Shown piece by piece: positions 1 through 9,792 of a DNA stretch of 64,000 bases. The position numbers were made by a program, and so were the translations under genes. Where the stretch lies: the IMG/VR virus record IMGVR_UViG_3300020204_000005. One strand, written 5' to 3'. Under the pieces are notes generated by a model that was not told where the DNA came from, ran no database searches, and saw only the letters and a program-made list of their open reading frames with translations. This DNA comes from a virus. The number at the start of each line of letters is the position of its first letter. Within the stretch, counting starts at the first letter, position 1.

Positions 1-915
1 AGTTTCATTTAAATTATCCTCTAACCAATTTTGTAATACATCTGCAATAAAATCTACAATTTGGTTTTTATTGTTAATCCAAATACCATTATCTTCATTT
101 AACCAATGAGGTAATAAATTAGGAACTAATCCTAAAACAGGTATACCTGATTTCATAGATTCGAGAGGGAATGTCCCATAGGAACTTGTCTCATCAATCC
201 AAACAGAAAGGAAACAATCGTTAAGTGAATTTGCAAATTCTTTTTCACTCAATCCTCTCATATCTTTAAATGTAATCCATCTATACTGAGGAAATTTAAT
301 ATAAAAAGTTTTAATTATATTTGCAGTGTCTCTTGGTTCTCTTGTATGAATAGCAATAATTGGTTTTGGTGGTAATGTTTGATTTTTAAAATTATCAGAA
401 ATAAAAGGTTCTAACACATCAATAGATAACCCTCTCATTACGTTTGTAATATATTCTTTTTGGAATTCTGAAGTAGTAATACATTTAAAAAATCCTAATT
501 GGTTCCATGTCTGACCTGGTTGTAAAGTCTCTAACATATGGTCATACGCTTGACAAAGAACTATTTTACCACAAGGTAATTTAGTAATCTGACTCATTAC
601 AAATCCGTAAAGTTCAGGAATAACAATAAAGTCTTCAGGTGCGACTTGTAGATTCTGACCCTCAATAGGTTGATGAGGTAATCTATCCATATAATCCTGA
701 CCTAACCAATTAGCAACACCTGCGTAGTCAGACTTTTCATGTAGAATTATTGGGTTGTACCCATTATCTAATAAGGCAATACCCAAGTTATATATGTAGG
801 ATATAGATGCCTTTGCATTACCCTTAGTATCTTGTACTAATAGATAAATTTTAGATTTTTTGTTTTTTAAGTTCTCAATCGACTTTTCTAATTTTGTAAT
901 TTGTTCCTGATTCAT
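1..915 (-). CDS. GT-B fold glycosyltransferase (GT4-like), truncated by window edge
   Basis: Not in ORF track; hand-translated from ATG at 915 (MNQEQITKLEKSIENLK...), open to position 1; contains DETSSYGTFPLESMKSGIPV, matching the GT-B E-x-F/YG-x3-LE-x-M-x2-G-x-PV nucleotide-sugar motif. Confidence 0.7.
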   Translation of the reverse strand, partial: MNQEQITKLEKSIENLKNKKSKIYLLVQDTKGNAKASISYIYNLGIALLDNGYNPIILHEKSDYAGVANWLGQDYMDRLPHQPIEGQNLQVAPEDFIVIPELYGFVMSQITKLPCGKIVLCQAYDHMLETLQPGQTWNQLGFFKCITTSEFQKEYITNVMRGLSIDVLEPFISDNFKNQTLPPKPIIAIHTREPRDTANIIKTFYIKFPQYRWITFKDMRGLSEKEFANSLNDCFLSVWIDETSSYGTFPLESMKSGIPVLGLVPNLLPHWLNEDNGIWINNKNQIVDFIADVLQNWLEDNLNET

Positions 916-916
916 A

Positions 917-1186
917 TTAATATTTATTTAATAATTTTTTATTTAAAAGACTATTAAAAGCGATTTTAAACGGTATAGATAACTCATTATTTTTAATACC
1001 TAACGTTTCATCGACTTCCTCAATTTCGGTTAATAACACATCTGTTAATAATTTAACCATATCGTATTTAACAACACTAATATGGTTTTCTGCAGAACCC
1101 GAATAATCTTTCCGGGGTTTTGCGTTTGTATACTTCTCAATAGCATCTAAATCAAGATAGTAGTGTTCATTTAAAATTTTTAACAT
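917..1186 (-). CDS. hypothetical protein (89 aa)
   Basis: ORF track; abuts neighbours in the same minus-strand run. Confidence 0.6.
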   Translation of the reverse strand: MLKILNEHYYLDLDAIEKYTNAKPRKDYSGSAENHISVVKYDMVKLLTDVLLTEIEEVDETLGIKNNELSIPFKIAFNSLLNKKLLNKY

Positions 1187-1782
1187 TATAAAAACTTTTT
1201 TAGTTCATCTTCCAATTCCTTTATAGTACTAATTGTGTTAGGATGGTCGATATGTTTATTATATTCAGTTTCGAATTTTATTAAAATTTTGTCTGAAGGA
1301 TATTCTAATAATAATGATGGGTTGGATGTAAGTAAAATGTCTATTTGTTCCCACATTGATTTTATTGTATAATTACTATAAAAAAATACTCTTTCTAATT
1401 GACATCCGAATTTTGAAAGGAAGAATAGTGAAGCTGGCTTAGACCTACCGATTTCGTCTGAAACAACTATAAAATCATGGTTATCTCTAAGATTAACATA
1501 CACATCGTTTAAATCATTAAAAGTTGTATATTCAGTAGACTGAGAGTGACCAAAAATCTCCATTGGGAATTCCTCATATAAAAATGAAAATAAATCATCA
1601 GGTTCTTTAAATTTAAAGTGTTCTCCTAAATTTAATGAAGTTACAGGTAGAATCATTTCATATTTAAAGTCTGACTCATCTTCTATCCCTTCTGTTTTTT
1701 GAATTAAGAATTTATCGTAGGTTTGTTCTATTTTACCAATCGTATTTCTTAATACACCATTAATTTCAATCCCTATTCTCAT
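1186..1782 (-). CDS. HAD-fold 5'(3')-deoxyribonucleotidase-like protein with degenerate catalytic motif
   Basis: N-terminus MRIGIEINGVLRN resembles NT5C-type MRIGIDxDGVL but has E/N in place of both Asp. Confidence 0.5.
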   Translation of the reverse strand: MRIGIEINGVLRNTIGKIEQTYDKFLIQKTEGIEDESDFKYEMILPVTSLNLGEHFKFKEPDDLFSFLYEEFPMEIFGHSQSTEYTTFNDLNDVYVNLRDNHDFIVVSDEIGRSKPASLFFLSKFGCQLERVFFYSNYTIKSMWEQIDILLTSNPSLLLEYPSDKILIKFETEYNKHIDHPNTISTIKELEDELKKFL

Positions 1783-2506
1783 CTTCGTATTTTTCTAATA
1801 TTTTAGCAATTAAAGGGTTTCGCACATTTTTAGCGTTTCTAAAATCGTAAACCCCGATATCATTAATATTTTGAAATTTCTGTAATGCGTCATATAAACC
1901 TGATTGTTTTTTATCTTTGTATCTATCTGTCTGTTCCAAATCCCCAGAAATAAAGAATTTACTATTAAAACCAATCCTTGTCATTAATAATTTAATTTGG
2001 TTAGGTGTTGCGTTTTGAGCTTCCTCAAAAACTAAGATTGAGTTGTCTATATTCATACCTCTCATGTAAGCGAGTGCAAACACTTCGATAATTTCAGCCT
2101 CTTTTAATTTTTCTCTAGCGTCTTTACCAATAATTTTATTTAATAAGTAATATGAAGGGAAAATATAAGGGTCTAACTTTTCTTCTAAATTTCCTGGTAA
2201 CGAACCAAGTTTTTCTTCCGCTTCTACCGCAGGTCTAACAATTATTAGTTTTTCATATGAGTTATTCGGGTCAATTAATAAATCTACCGCCGCTTTCATT
2301 GCTATATAAGATTTACCAACACCTGCAGGTCCCGAACAAATTGTAATTTGATTTTCTTTTAAAATTTTATAATACTCTTCTTGATTTGGTGATAAAAATT
2401 TATTTTTTTGTTTTTTCTTAACTACCGAATTAATGAATTCTTTTCTTGAGAATGGTTTAACTTCAGAGTCCTCAGACAATGGAGGTTGTTTTTTTCTTTG
2501 AGTCAT
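1766..2506 (-). CDS. phoH: PhoH-family ATPase
   Basis: Walker A GPAGVGKS, RPAVEAEEKLGSLPG, YMRGMNI, EEAQN, GDLEQTD; start more likely ATG at 2506 (MTQRKK) than track start 2548. Confidence 0.92.
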   Translation of the reverse strand: MTQRKKQPPLSEDSEVKPFSRKEFINSVVKKKQKNKFLSPNQEEYYKILKENQITICSGPAGVGKSYIAMKAAVDLLIDPNNSYEKLIIVRPAVEAEEKLGSLPGNLEEKLDPYIFPSYYLLNKIIGKDAREKLKEAEIIEVFALAYMRGMNIDNSILVFEEAQNATPNQIKLLMTRIGFNSKFFISGDLEQTDRYKDKKQSGLYDALQKFQNINDIGVYDFRNAKNVRNPLIAKILEKYEDENRD

Positions 2507-2578
2507 ATTTTTAATTATATTTATAAAAATATATTTTATTTTTAACAAATGTGAATACGAAAATTATTTACGTATATA

Positions 2579-4087
2579 TTACATAACAATTATGTGTTTC
2601 TTTATCTTTTCTAAATTATTAATAACAAAAGGTTGTAAGGATTGAAAATAGTCTGTTTGTACTTTTAAAAGGTTGTCACTGTCCTCATTTCTGGTTTGAC
2701 TTTCTAAGTGATACGCAACTAAAGAACCGTCATAATAATTATCAAATCCTAATGTTACACATTTTAAATTCAACTCTACGTCCTCAAAACAACTAATATA
2801 ATTTTCATTAAAATAACCACATTTCTCAAAAACATTTTTACGTATCATCAATAATGCCGCAGTAGAACCCACAACTTTTTTTACATTGGTTGTAAAATTG
2901 TAATACGATTTTAAATTAGAGTGTGTCACTTGGAAAGCTCTTTTTTTATCAATGAATGTGACAATACCATCATGTTGTATTGTGTTATCTTCATAATGAA
3001 GTCTTGCACCAACAGTACCAACCTTTTTATTGTCATTAAAAATTTTTAACATTCCGTATACAACGTTATTTAATAATTTAATATCGTTGTTTGAAAATAA
3101 CAAATATTCATAATCACTTGAAATGTGATTTTTAACTATATCGTTATTTATCTGTGCAAAATTATAATAGTCATACTCGATTAGTTTTATATTACCCATT
3201 GGTAATATATTATTTTTAATCCATTCTTTTTCTTCTTTAGAAGACCCTGTATCACCAATAAAAATATCAAATAAATCACTATTACAGTTTTTATAAAATG
3301 ATTCTACACAATTAAATAAAAGATTAGTTTTACCTTTAGTGACAATAACGATTCCCACTTTACCAATATTCTTGATTGTTTTTTCAGTTATTTCAGGTAT
3401 ATAAACATCATTAGGTTTTAAATCTATTGGTAAATTTTTACCCCACTTTTCTAAAAATTTATCTTTAGACTCAAAAAATTCTTGATTAGGTTGACCTATT
3501 GATTCGTGAGTAATTTCAAATGACGAAGTTACTCCTAGTTTAACGTTATCTAAATAATTTGGGATGCAAAAACCGTGGTCATAAAAATGAAATTTACCAA
3601 AGGATTGGTCAAATAAATGTTTTATTTTTGTTTTATCAAATGAAATAAATAATCCATCAACACTTACAACAGGAATTAAAAAAGGTAATTTGGGTGAATA
3701 CTTACTTAAAAATTTTTTACCTCCTTTTGGATGGTGGTATACTTGACCAACCATTGTCTGTTGCATCCTTTCCCAATAAACACCTGATGAAGGGAAATAA
3801 CAAGTACCTGCTTTTCCAATTATACCGAATTCGGGATTATTAGAAAAATCCTCAAGTAATTTAACGCCCCATCCTTTTTCTAATTTAATATCGTTATGAC
3901 AACAAACAATAATGTCATACTTAGCTTCTTTGATTCCTTGATTGTAAACTTCAGATAGTGAATATTCATTATGATTTACATAAGGTAATACTTGTACCCA
4001 CTGAAGTCCTGATGTTAGTATAAGATGGTCATTAAATTTATCATTATACTCTTTGTCTTTATGTGTTGAATAGATTATTGTTATCAT
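2579..4087 (-). CDS. two-domain GT-A glycosyltransferase (GT2-like x2)
   Basis: N domain CCHNDI, VSVDGLF, FHFYD; C domain IGDTGS, LLFSNNDI, CFEDVELNL. Confidence 0.8.
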   Translation of the reverse strand: MITIIYSTHKDKEYNDKFNDHLILTSGLQWVQVLPYVNHNEYSLSEVYNQGIKEAKYDIIVCCHNDIKLEKGWGVKLLEDFSNNPEFGIIGKAGTCYFPSSGVYWERMQQTMVGQVYHHPKGGKKFLSKYSPKLPFLIPVVSVDGLFISFDKTKIKHLFDQSFGKFHFYDHGFCIPNYLDNVKLGVTSSFEITHESIGQPNQEFFESKDKFLEKWGKNLPIDLKPNDVYIPEITEKTIKNIGKVGIVIVTKGKTNLLFNCVESFYKNCNSDLFDIFIGDTGSSKEEKEWIKNNILPMGNIKLIEYDYYNFAQINNDIVKNHISSDYEYLLFSNNDIKLLNNVVYGMLKIFNDNKKVGTVGARLHYEDNTIQHDGIVTFIDKKRAFQVTHSNLKSYYNFTTNVKKVVGSTAALLMIRKNVFEKCGYFNENYISCFEDVELNLKCVTLGFDNYYDGSLVAYHLESQTRNEDSDNLLKVQTDYFQSLQPFVINNLEKIKKHIIVM

Positions 4088-5405
4088 AAATTTCGTCGAA
4101 TTTATCTTTCATTTCATGAAAGAATGGTGTTATTAAAGTTTGATGTGGAAAATCAATATAGTTATCATCATTAAAAGTTGGTTTTGGTCCATGAAAATGT
4201 AAAATTTTAATGCCATTAAACGGACCCCAATAAGGTTTATAATTAAACCTATAGTTTAATCTTTCAATTGATTCATTATAAAACATTTTGTACGCGTCTT
4301 GGTCGTACACATTAAATTTACTTAAATTTAATTTAATAAATTCAACGAACTCATTATAGGTATCTTTTAAATACCTCCAATTAATCCACATTACGCCGCT
4401 ATTCATATCCCAATGTTTACCAACTTTTGTAAATTCCCCAGCACACATAAATGTATTAGGTTTGTTATCTAAAATGTCAGAAATATCTGACATAAACATA
4501 ACATCATTATCGGTATACAAAACATAATCATCTTTAATATCAAGAGATTCACACACAATTGGTATATCAACTCTTAAAAAGGCTCCATAAGCAATTGTGT
4601 CATCACCGTAGTGTTTTTTTAAATCATCATAAAATGTTATCCTATGGTTTATTACTGTAACACCAAGTTTAGTTAATTCCTCGATATGGGAATCTTCTTC
4701 ACCATCAAGTATTAAGATAGGTGTTAAAAACGGATTTGTTTTTTTTGCGGTTATCACCGCAACTTTATACATCTTTATATAGTTTAAATAACTATTTTGA
4801 TTATGAGTGTTTAATCCAGTAAACCAATAAACATTCTTTGTTTGGTTATCTTTATTAGAAATTAATTTATACCAAGAACCGTCACCATAACTATTATCAG
4901 GTTTACCTAACATTTCGTTGACCGCAACTCTAACACCCGCAATATGTCTATGAACATTAACAAACTCATCAGTTTGATAATCATGACCTGAAATAACTTT
5001 TTTAACCAACGGACTCCAATGAACGATGTCATTTTTAACACATTCATATTTATGACAGGCATCAATATAAACCATATCACATTCTATAGAATAATCTGTA
5101 GTATAACCTTTAATTTTTCTAATATTTCCGTATAAAGAAGCTCTCAAATCAAATTGTTCCTCAACATCAACGTAATCGGCATAACTAGCGGAATCCGCAT
5201 CATCAAATCCACCTTCCCAAGAGTCAATACATATTATAATTCCGTTTGGGAATTCTTGAGCGAAGATTGCACTACTCTCACCCATATAGGAACCTAACTC
5301 AACAATTGTAGGAGATTCCCCTAATATGGGTTTTAAATCTTGACATAATTTTCTTAACTCTAACTCAAAATCATGAGTTCTCATTACAGTCTTCAATTCT
5401 TTCAT
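4059..5405 (-). CDS. class I SAM methyltransferase fused to GT8-like glycosyltransferase
   Basis: N: VELGSYMGES, YIDACHKYE, GHDY; C: FLRVDIP, LYTDNDVMF, NSGVM, DQD, ILHFHGPKP. Confidence 0.8.
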   Translation of the reverse strand: MKELKTVMRTHDFELELRKLCQDLKPILGESPTIVELGSYMGESSAIFAQEFPNGIIICIDSWEGGFDDADSASYADYVDVEEQFDLRASLYGNIRKIKGYTTDYSIECDMVYIDACHKYECVKNDIVHWSPLVKKVISGHDYQTDEFVNVHRHIAGVRVAVNEMLGKPDNSYGDGSWYKLISNKDNQTKNVYWFTGLNTHNQNSYLNYIKMYKVAVITAKKTNPFLTPILILDGEEDSHIEELTKLGVTVINHRITFYDDLKKHYGDDTIAYGAFLRVDIPIVCESLDIKDDYVLYTDNDVMFMSDISDILDNKPNTFMCAGEFTKVGKHWDMNSGVMWINWRYLKDTYNEFVEFIKLNLSKFNVYDQDAYKMFYNESIERLNYRFNYKPYWGPFNGIKILHFHGPKPTFNDDNYIDFPHQTLITPFFHEMKDKFDEIYDNNNLFNT

Positions 5406-6001
5406 ATTCCTGTAGAACCAAATCCATTCTCCCCTCTATCTTTATTTTTTTGATTTTTATTTTCGGTTAACTCTACCCATTTACCATTTACTACAGGACA
5501 TAAAACCGCTTGAGCAACTTTCATTCCTTTTGGAATCATAACATTATAGTTGTTGGTGTTAAATATAATCACCTGTATCTCTCCTGTATAACCATTATCT
5601 ACAGTACCTGGTGAATTTAATACCATTAAACCTTGTTTTAAAGATAACCCACTTTTAGACCTTACCTGAATTTCATATCCGTCTTTAATGTCTAAAGAAA
5701 TTCCTGTTGGTACCAAAACTCTACCAAATGGAGGGATATCAACGTCAATTACAGAATGTAAATCAAATCCTGAATCGCTTGGATAATTGTATTTTGGCTC
5801 AACGGAATCAGGGTGTAACTTTACAAATCCAAGAGGTAATTTAGGGTTGTAGTTGGATAAATCATCCTCGAGAGATTTCATATCTAACCCAAAGTCATTT
5901 AAAATCATATCATAATCCAACTCACCGTTCCCACTCTCATCAATCATTTTTTGGAGTTTTTTTGCATACTCACTTAAGTCTAAATCATCAAGTCCATTCA
6001 T
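5402..6001 (-). CDS. dut: trimeric dUTPase with acidic N-terminal extension
   Basis: SGFDL, RSKSGL, GTVDNGYTGEI, RGENGFGSTG motifs. Confidence 0.95.
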   Translation of the reverse strand: MNGLDDLDLSEYAKKLQKMIDESGNGELDYDMILNDFGLDMKSLEDDLSNYNPKLPLGFVKLHPDSVEPKYNYPSDSGFDLHSVIDVDIPPFGRVLVPTGISLDIKDGYEIQVRSKSGLSLKQGLMVLNSPGTVDNGYTGEIQVIIFNTNNYNVMIPKGMKVAQAVLCPVVNGKWVELTENKNQKNKDRGENGFGSTGI

Positions 6002-6711
6002 TATTGTAAATTTTTTAATTTTTTAATTGTGTCGACTAAAACAACAACATCTTTTTCACAGTATTCTGAGATTGATTTTAAATCTTGTTTTTCCCAATAG
6101 GTTTCATGTACCTTATCACCTGTAACTTCACCATCTTTAGGTGTTGGGATTTCTAAACAACTACACATTAAATCTAATGAACCAATTGAGGAGTACGCTC
6201 CGTATTGCCAAATTTCTTTAGTGTCAATTGCCTTTACTTCCCATGGTTTTGTATCATAAGATGGAAGAATTTTTGACGGCATAATACCATTGATAATCAT
6301 TCTTTTAGCTAACATCGGGATATCAAAATTCTTAAGATTGTGACCACATAAATAAAAATCTAATTTGTGACACCTATCAAGTAAATTTCTAACTTGGATT
6401 AATAATTCTTTTTCGTTATTACCTGAAAAAGTTTGTTTTTTAACATCTCCATTATCCATAACAAACGCCATTGATACACAAACTATTTTTGCAAACTCAG
6501 GTACTAGAGCAGCTCTTCGTTTAAACATAAAATTTTTAGAGTCGATGTCAACCGTAGCATCTTCAGGGAATCTTTTTTGGAACCAATCAAAATACTTTTC
6601 AAATTGACTAGCAATCTCAGGACTAAATTTTTGACAAGAATCATAGTCGGGACAACCCCCGACAGTTTCAATGTCTAAGAATAAAATTTTTGTAATTGGT
6701 ATATTAATCAT
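6001..6711 (-). CDS. stand-alone DnaQ-fold 3'-5' exonuclease related to the PolB proofreading domain
   Basis: ExoI LDIETV, ExoII GHNLKNFDIPML, ExoIII YCEKDV. Confidence 0.85.
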   Translation of the reverse strand: MINIPITKILFLDIETVGGCPDYDSCQKFSPEIASQFEKYFDWFQKRFPEDATVDIDSKNFMFKRRAALVPEFAKIVCVSMAFVMDNGDVKKQTFSGNNEKELLIQVRNLLDRCHKLDFYLCGHNLKNFDIPMLAKRMIINGIMPSKILPSYDTKPWEVKAIDTKEIWQYGAYSSIGSLDLMCSCLEIPTPKDGEVTGDKVHETYWEKQDLKSISEYCEKDVVVLVDTIKKLKNLQ

Positions 6712-6714
6712 AAC

Positions 6715-7932
6715 TTATTTAATTAGTGATTTGTAAAATTCTTTTCGCAAAGTAGTAACATTTTGCAAATTGTATTTGTCTTTAACAGTTTCATATAGTC
6801 TTTCACCCATATCTGTCATTAGGTTTGGATTTTGTAATAATTTTTTAATGAATTTATGCCAATCACTATGATTTCTATTTTCATTAACTAACATAGCATT
6901 ACCATCAACAAACTCACCATTTTTTAGACAATGTTTAAGGTCTATAGTGTAAGGTCCTATTTCGGAAGCGATTAATGCCTTTTTATAAAATCCCGCCTCA
7001 ATCACTTTTAATTGAGATTTCATTCTATTGAATATGTGGTTTTTGATTGGAGCTAAAGATATGTCAAACTTAGAGTAGTTAGAGGCATATTGTGTTACAG
7101 GTCTTGTCCATACTCTAACATAAGGTAATGACTTATCAGTCATATAATTTTTTTCCTCATACAACGTTAGATATTTTTTATAGTCTTCATCGATAATACT
7201 ATATTTATCTGTAAATATTTCTTCATAACGAGCCCAAACAGTTTCTTCAGGTCTAATTGGTCTTTGTTTTTTTTCTCCCGTTTGTTTGTTAATTTCTGTT
7301 ATATGACCTCTAGTATCGAAACCACATAAAACATATTGTATGTTATTTTTTAATGAACTGTTTTTTGTTACAAATCCATCTAATAACTTTAAATCATGTA
7401 AGTGGGAAGAACCACCTAACCAACCAACTCTAATTCTATCAGATTCTAATGTTGGTTCTTTAAACTGAGGTTCATTTGGGTCCACTGCATTTGGTAAAAC
7501 AATTACGTTTTTGTTAAATTTACGTATTTCATTTGCAAATATTTCAGTAGTTGTTGTAACATAACTAGCTTCTTTTAGATTAGCAACAATTTTTTCATGT
7601 ATTTTTTCTTGTAAAATAATACTATGGATAGGATGTTCTTTTGTCGGTAACCAATAATCATCAATATCAACTACTACAACAATACCCATTGATTTTAAAT
7701 TTCTAATTATCGCAGGACAGGAGTCGTAATTTTGACCAATGTTTCTATGTACATGGACTATTTGGTACTTCTTCCAATAATTGGGGTCACTAATTCTTGG
7801 TTCATAATCGATATCGACATGAAAATCATCATTATACATGTTTTGTAACATTATATGGGGGTCAATCGACCTAAATTTACCAACACCTGTACGGTCTGAT
7901 GGTAATACTAAAACTTTAATTTTTTCTGACAT
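6715..7932 (-). CDS. GT-B glycosyltransferase (GT4-like)
   Basis: DIDDYW, VLPNAVD, VGWLGGSSHLHDL, FNRMKSQLKVIEAG; start placed at ATG 7932 (MSEKIK) because track start 8007 lies inside a terminator hairpin. Confidence 0.8.
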   Translation of the reverse strand: MSEKIKVLVLPSDRTGVGKFRSIDPHIMLQNMYNDDFHVDIDYEPRISDPNYWKKYQIVHVHRNIGQNYDSCPAIIRNLKSMGIVVVVDIDDYWLPTKEHPIHSIILQEKIHEKIVANLKEASYVTTTTEIFANEIRKFNKNVIVLPNAVDPNEPQFKEPTLESDRIRVGWLGGSSHLHDLKLLDGFVTKNSSLKNNIQYVLCGFDTRGHITEINKQTGEKKQRPIRPEETVWARYEEIFTDKYSIIDEDYKKYLTLYEEKNYMTDKSLPYVRVWTRPVTQYASNYSKFDISLAPIKNHIFNRMKSQLKVIEAGFYKKALIASEIGPYTIDLKHCLKNGEFVDGNAMLVNENRNHSDWHKFIKKLLQNPNLMTDMGERLYETVKDKYNLQNVTTLRKEFYKSLIK

Positions 7933-7994
7933 ATTTTTATATATAACATAGAAAATATAGTCAGATAAACAGACATTATCAATATAATAATAAA

Positions 7995-8021
7995 TAAAAA
8001 ACCCCATCGATTGACGGGGTT
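7995..8021 (-). terminator. intrinsic terminator
   Basis: Minus strand reads aacccc-gtcaatcgat-ggggtt followed by a T run, just after the stop at 8026. Confidence 0.6.
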
Positions 8022-8025
8022 CAAG

Positions 8026-8619
8026 TTATTGTACTTTTTTAATTTTGGTTACCTTACCTTCAAAAATGTGTTTTCCAACTTTAAATTGGAAAAGCTCATT
8101 TGATTTTTGGGTTGATTCGGTCAACAAACCGTTTTCAGATAAAACTTCTTCAACAGTTTCTCTCACAATATCTTTAATTTGTTTTGCGGTAAGTGAACTA
8201 CTAATTTGATTTGGATTAGTTTGTTGTCTTTTAGGATTTGTCTCATTTATGACATTACCATTAGAATTCATTAACCTCGTAGCTTTCTCAACTAACTCAT
8301 TTGATAAAGTGGGACCTGACATACCATTAGGTTGTGCAATTGGATATTCTATCATAAGTTGTTTTATTTCATCTGGTAATTTAGACCCCATAATTCTATC
8401 TACCGTAGGTGTTTCGGTATTATAAATTGGTTTTGATTGTTCCATCATAAATTCTTGTGGAATGTTGTAATTAGCTTTAGGATTATCAAAATTTTCAGTA
8501 TTGGGAATGTTGTAATTTGCCAATGGTACATTTTGACCACTTCTCGGCATTTGATTATGAATATCCATCATTTTTTTGGATATCATTAATTTTTGTAATA
8601 AATCATTTTCGTTTGTCAT
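8026..8619 (-). CDS. hypothetical protein, possibly head-associated
   Basis: ORF track, 197 aa; Asn/Gln/Pro-rich; repeated I/L-x-E motifs. Confidence 0.6.
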   Translation of the reverse strand: MTNENDLLQKLMISKKMMDIHNQMPRSGQNVPLANYNIPNTENFDNPKANYNIPQEFMMEQSKPIYNTETPTVDRIMGSKLPDEIKQLMIEYPIAQPNGMSGPTLSNELVEKATRLMNSNGNVINETNPKRQQTNPNQISSSLTAKQIKDIVRETVEEVLSENGLLTESTQKSNELFQFKVGKHIFEGKVTKIKKVQ

Positions 8620-8621
8620 AT

Positions 8622-9023
8622 TTAAATGTTTTCTTCTTCATTATTAAAGACCGCGTTAATCACTACTCTTTTCATACTTCTATCACCTCTTGGATTATAA
8701 CCAGGTTTTGGTGTGTTAAAATTTTCAGCGGTCGGTTTAAATGATAAAATTTTATCAAGTCTAAAAAGTCTCCACCCAGGTAATGGTTGTTCACCTTTAT
8801 ATCCTGTGTGTGAAGAACCTTCTTCATCCCAAGCTCTTAAAACAGGGTTATCCGCTTTACTGTAACCAAAACAAACAGGTTCAATAACACGTAATCCCCT
8901 ACCACCTGGCTCGTCACCATCATAATAAATTACTATTTTTTGTTTTTTCTTAATAGAATCTATTATAGACTCGACAGAAGCTACTTCTAAAATAAGTGAT
9001 TTAGTTATGTTGTAAAGTTTCAT
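8622..9023 (-). CDS. stand-alone WYL-domain protein
   Basis: IYY...LRVIEPVCFG...LRAW...GWRLFRLDKI; no HTH domain. Confidence 0.8.
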   Translation of the reverse strand: MKLYNITKSLILEVASVESIIDSIKKKQKIVIYYDGDEPGGRGLRVIEPVCFGYSKADNPVLRAWDEEGSSHTGYKGEQPLPGWRLFRLDKILSFKPTAENFNTPKPGYNPRGDRSMKRVVINAVFNNEEENI

Positions 9024-9319
9024 TACGCGGATGGTGTTGTGTATGGTTTGTTAGGTTGATATTCGTTAATAACTATTTCAGCTTTTCTTTCCAAAATATC
9101 TTGGATTGCTCCTGCTCCTTGGTTATAAACATCTAAAAATCCTCCCGTACCTTTACCTTGCTCATCACCATCGGCTAAAGCATCAGGATTAACACTTGAG
9201 TATTCATTTGCGGTCTTTTTAAAATCATTTTTAGGTAATAATTTAGCTCTTTCCGCCTCAGCTATTGAACTTAACTCATTTTTAGGTTGTTCAAAATTTA
9301 AAGGTTCATTTACTGCCAT
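9023..9319 (-). CDS. hypothetical protein (98 aa)
   Basis: ORF track; overlapping stop/start with neighbour. Confidence 0.6.
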   Translation of the reverse strand: MAVNEPLNFEQPKNELSSIAEAERAKLLPKNDFKKTANEYSSVNPDALADGDEQGKGTGGFLDVYNQGAGAIQDILERKAEIVINEYQPNKPYTTPSA

Positions 9320-9321
9320 TT

Positions 9322-9792
9322 TTAAATTATTTTTTTAATTAAGTCGTTTATGCGTTTTAGGCTTTCGGTAACCTCCAAATTATAATATTCGGTGTTACTA
9401 CTATGACTTTTTGATGGTCTATTTAAATTGTTTATTCCATTTTTTTCATGTGGGTCTATAAATTGGTTAGGAAGAACTTCAGACCTATTTTGTTTTAAAC
9501 TATGTACACCATCCCTCATTGATGTTAGGGTATTATCAACCCAATTTCTAACATAATGACCTCCATTTAATATAAATGGTAAATCGTTTTCTCTTCCATT
9601 GAATGAATCAAACCAATTTTTCATTCTTTTTAGTTGTTGGTATGAAATTTCACCATTATCTCTAAGTTCTTTATTTCTTCTAAAACCTTCGGTGTTTTCA
9701 TCCGCACCTTGAGCTGCGTCATGACATTGTTTTAAATAGGTCATAACATCTTCAGGTAATTGGACTTTATTTCCGTATAAATCTTTATTCAC
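9322..9792 (-). CDS. hypothetical protein (156 aa)
   Basis: ORF track; operon context. Confidence 0.6.
   Translation of the reverse strand: MNKDLYGNKVQLPEDVMTYLKQCHDAAQGADENTEGFRRNKELRDNGEISYQQLKRMKNWFDSFNGRENDLPFILNGGHYVRNWVDNTLTSMRDGVHSLKQNRSEVLPNQFIDPHEKNGINNLNRPSKSHSSNTEYYNLEVTESLKRINDLIKKII

Noticed and set aside
7933-8007. N-terminal extensions in the ORF track (also 2507-2548 and 59296-59328)
   Set aside because: They run through a terminator or AT-rich intergenic DNA; downstream ATGs fit better
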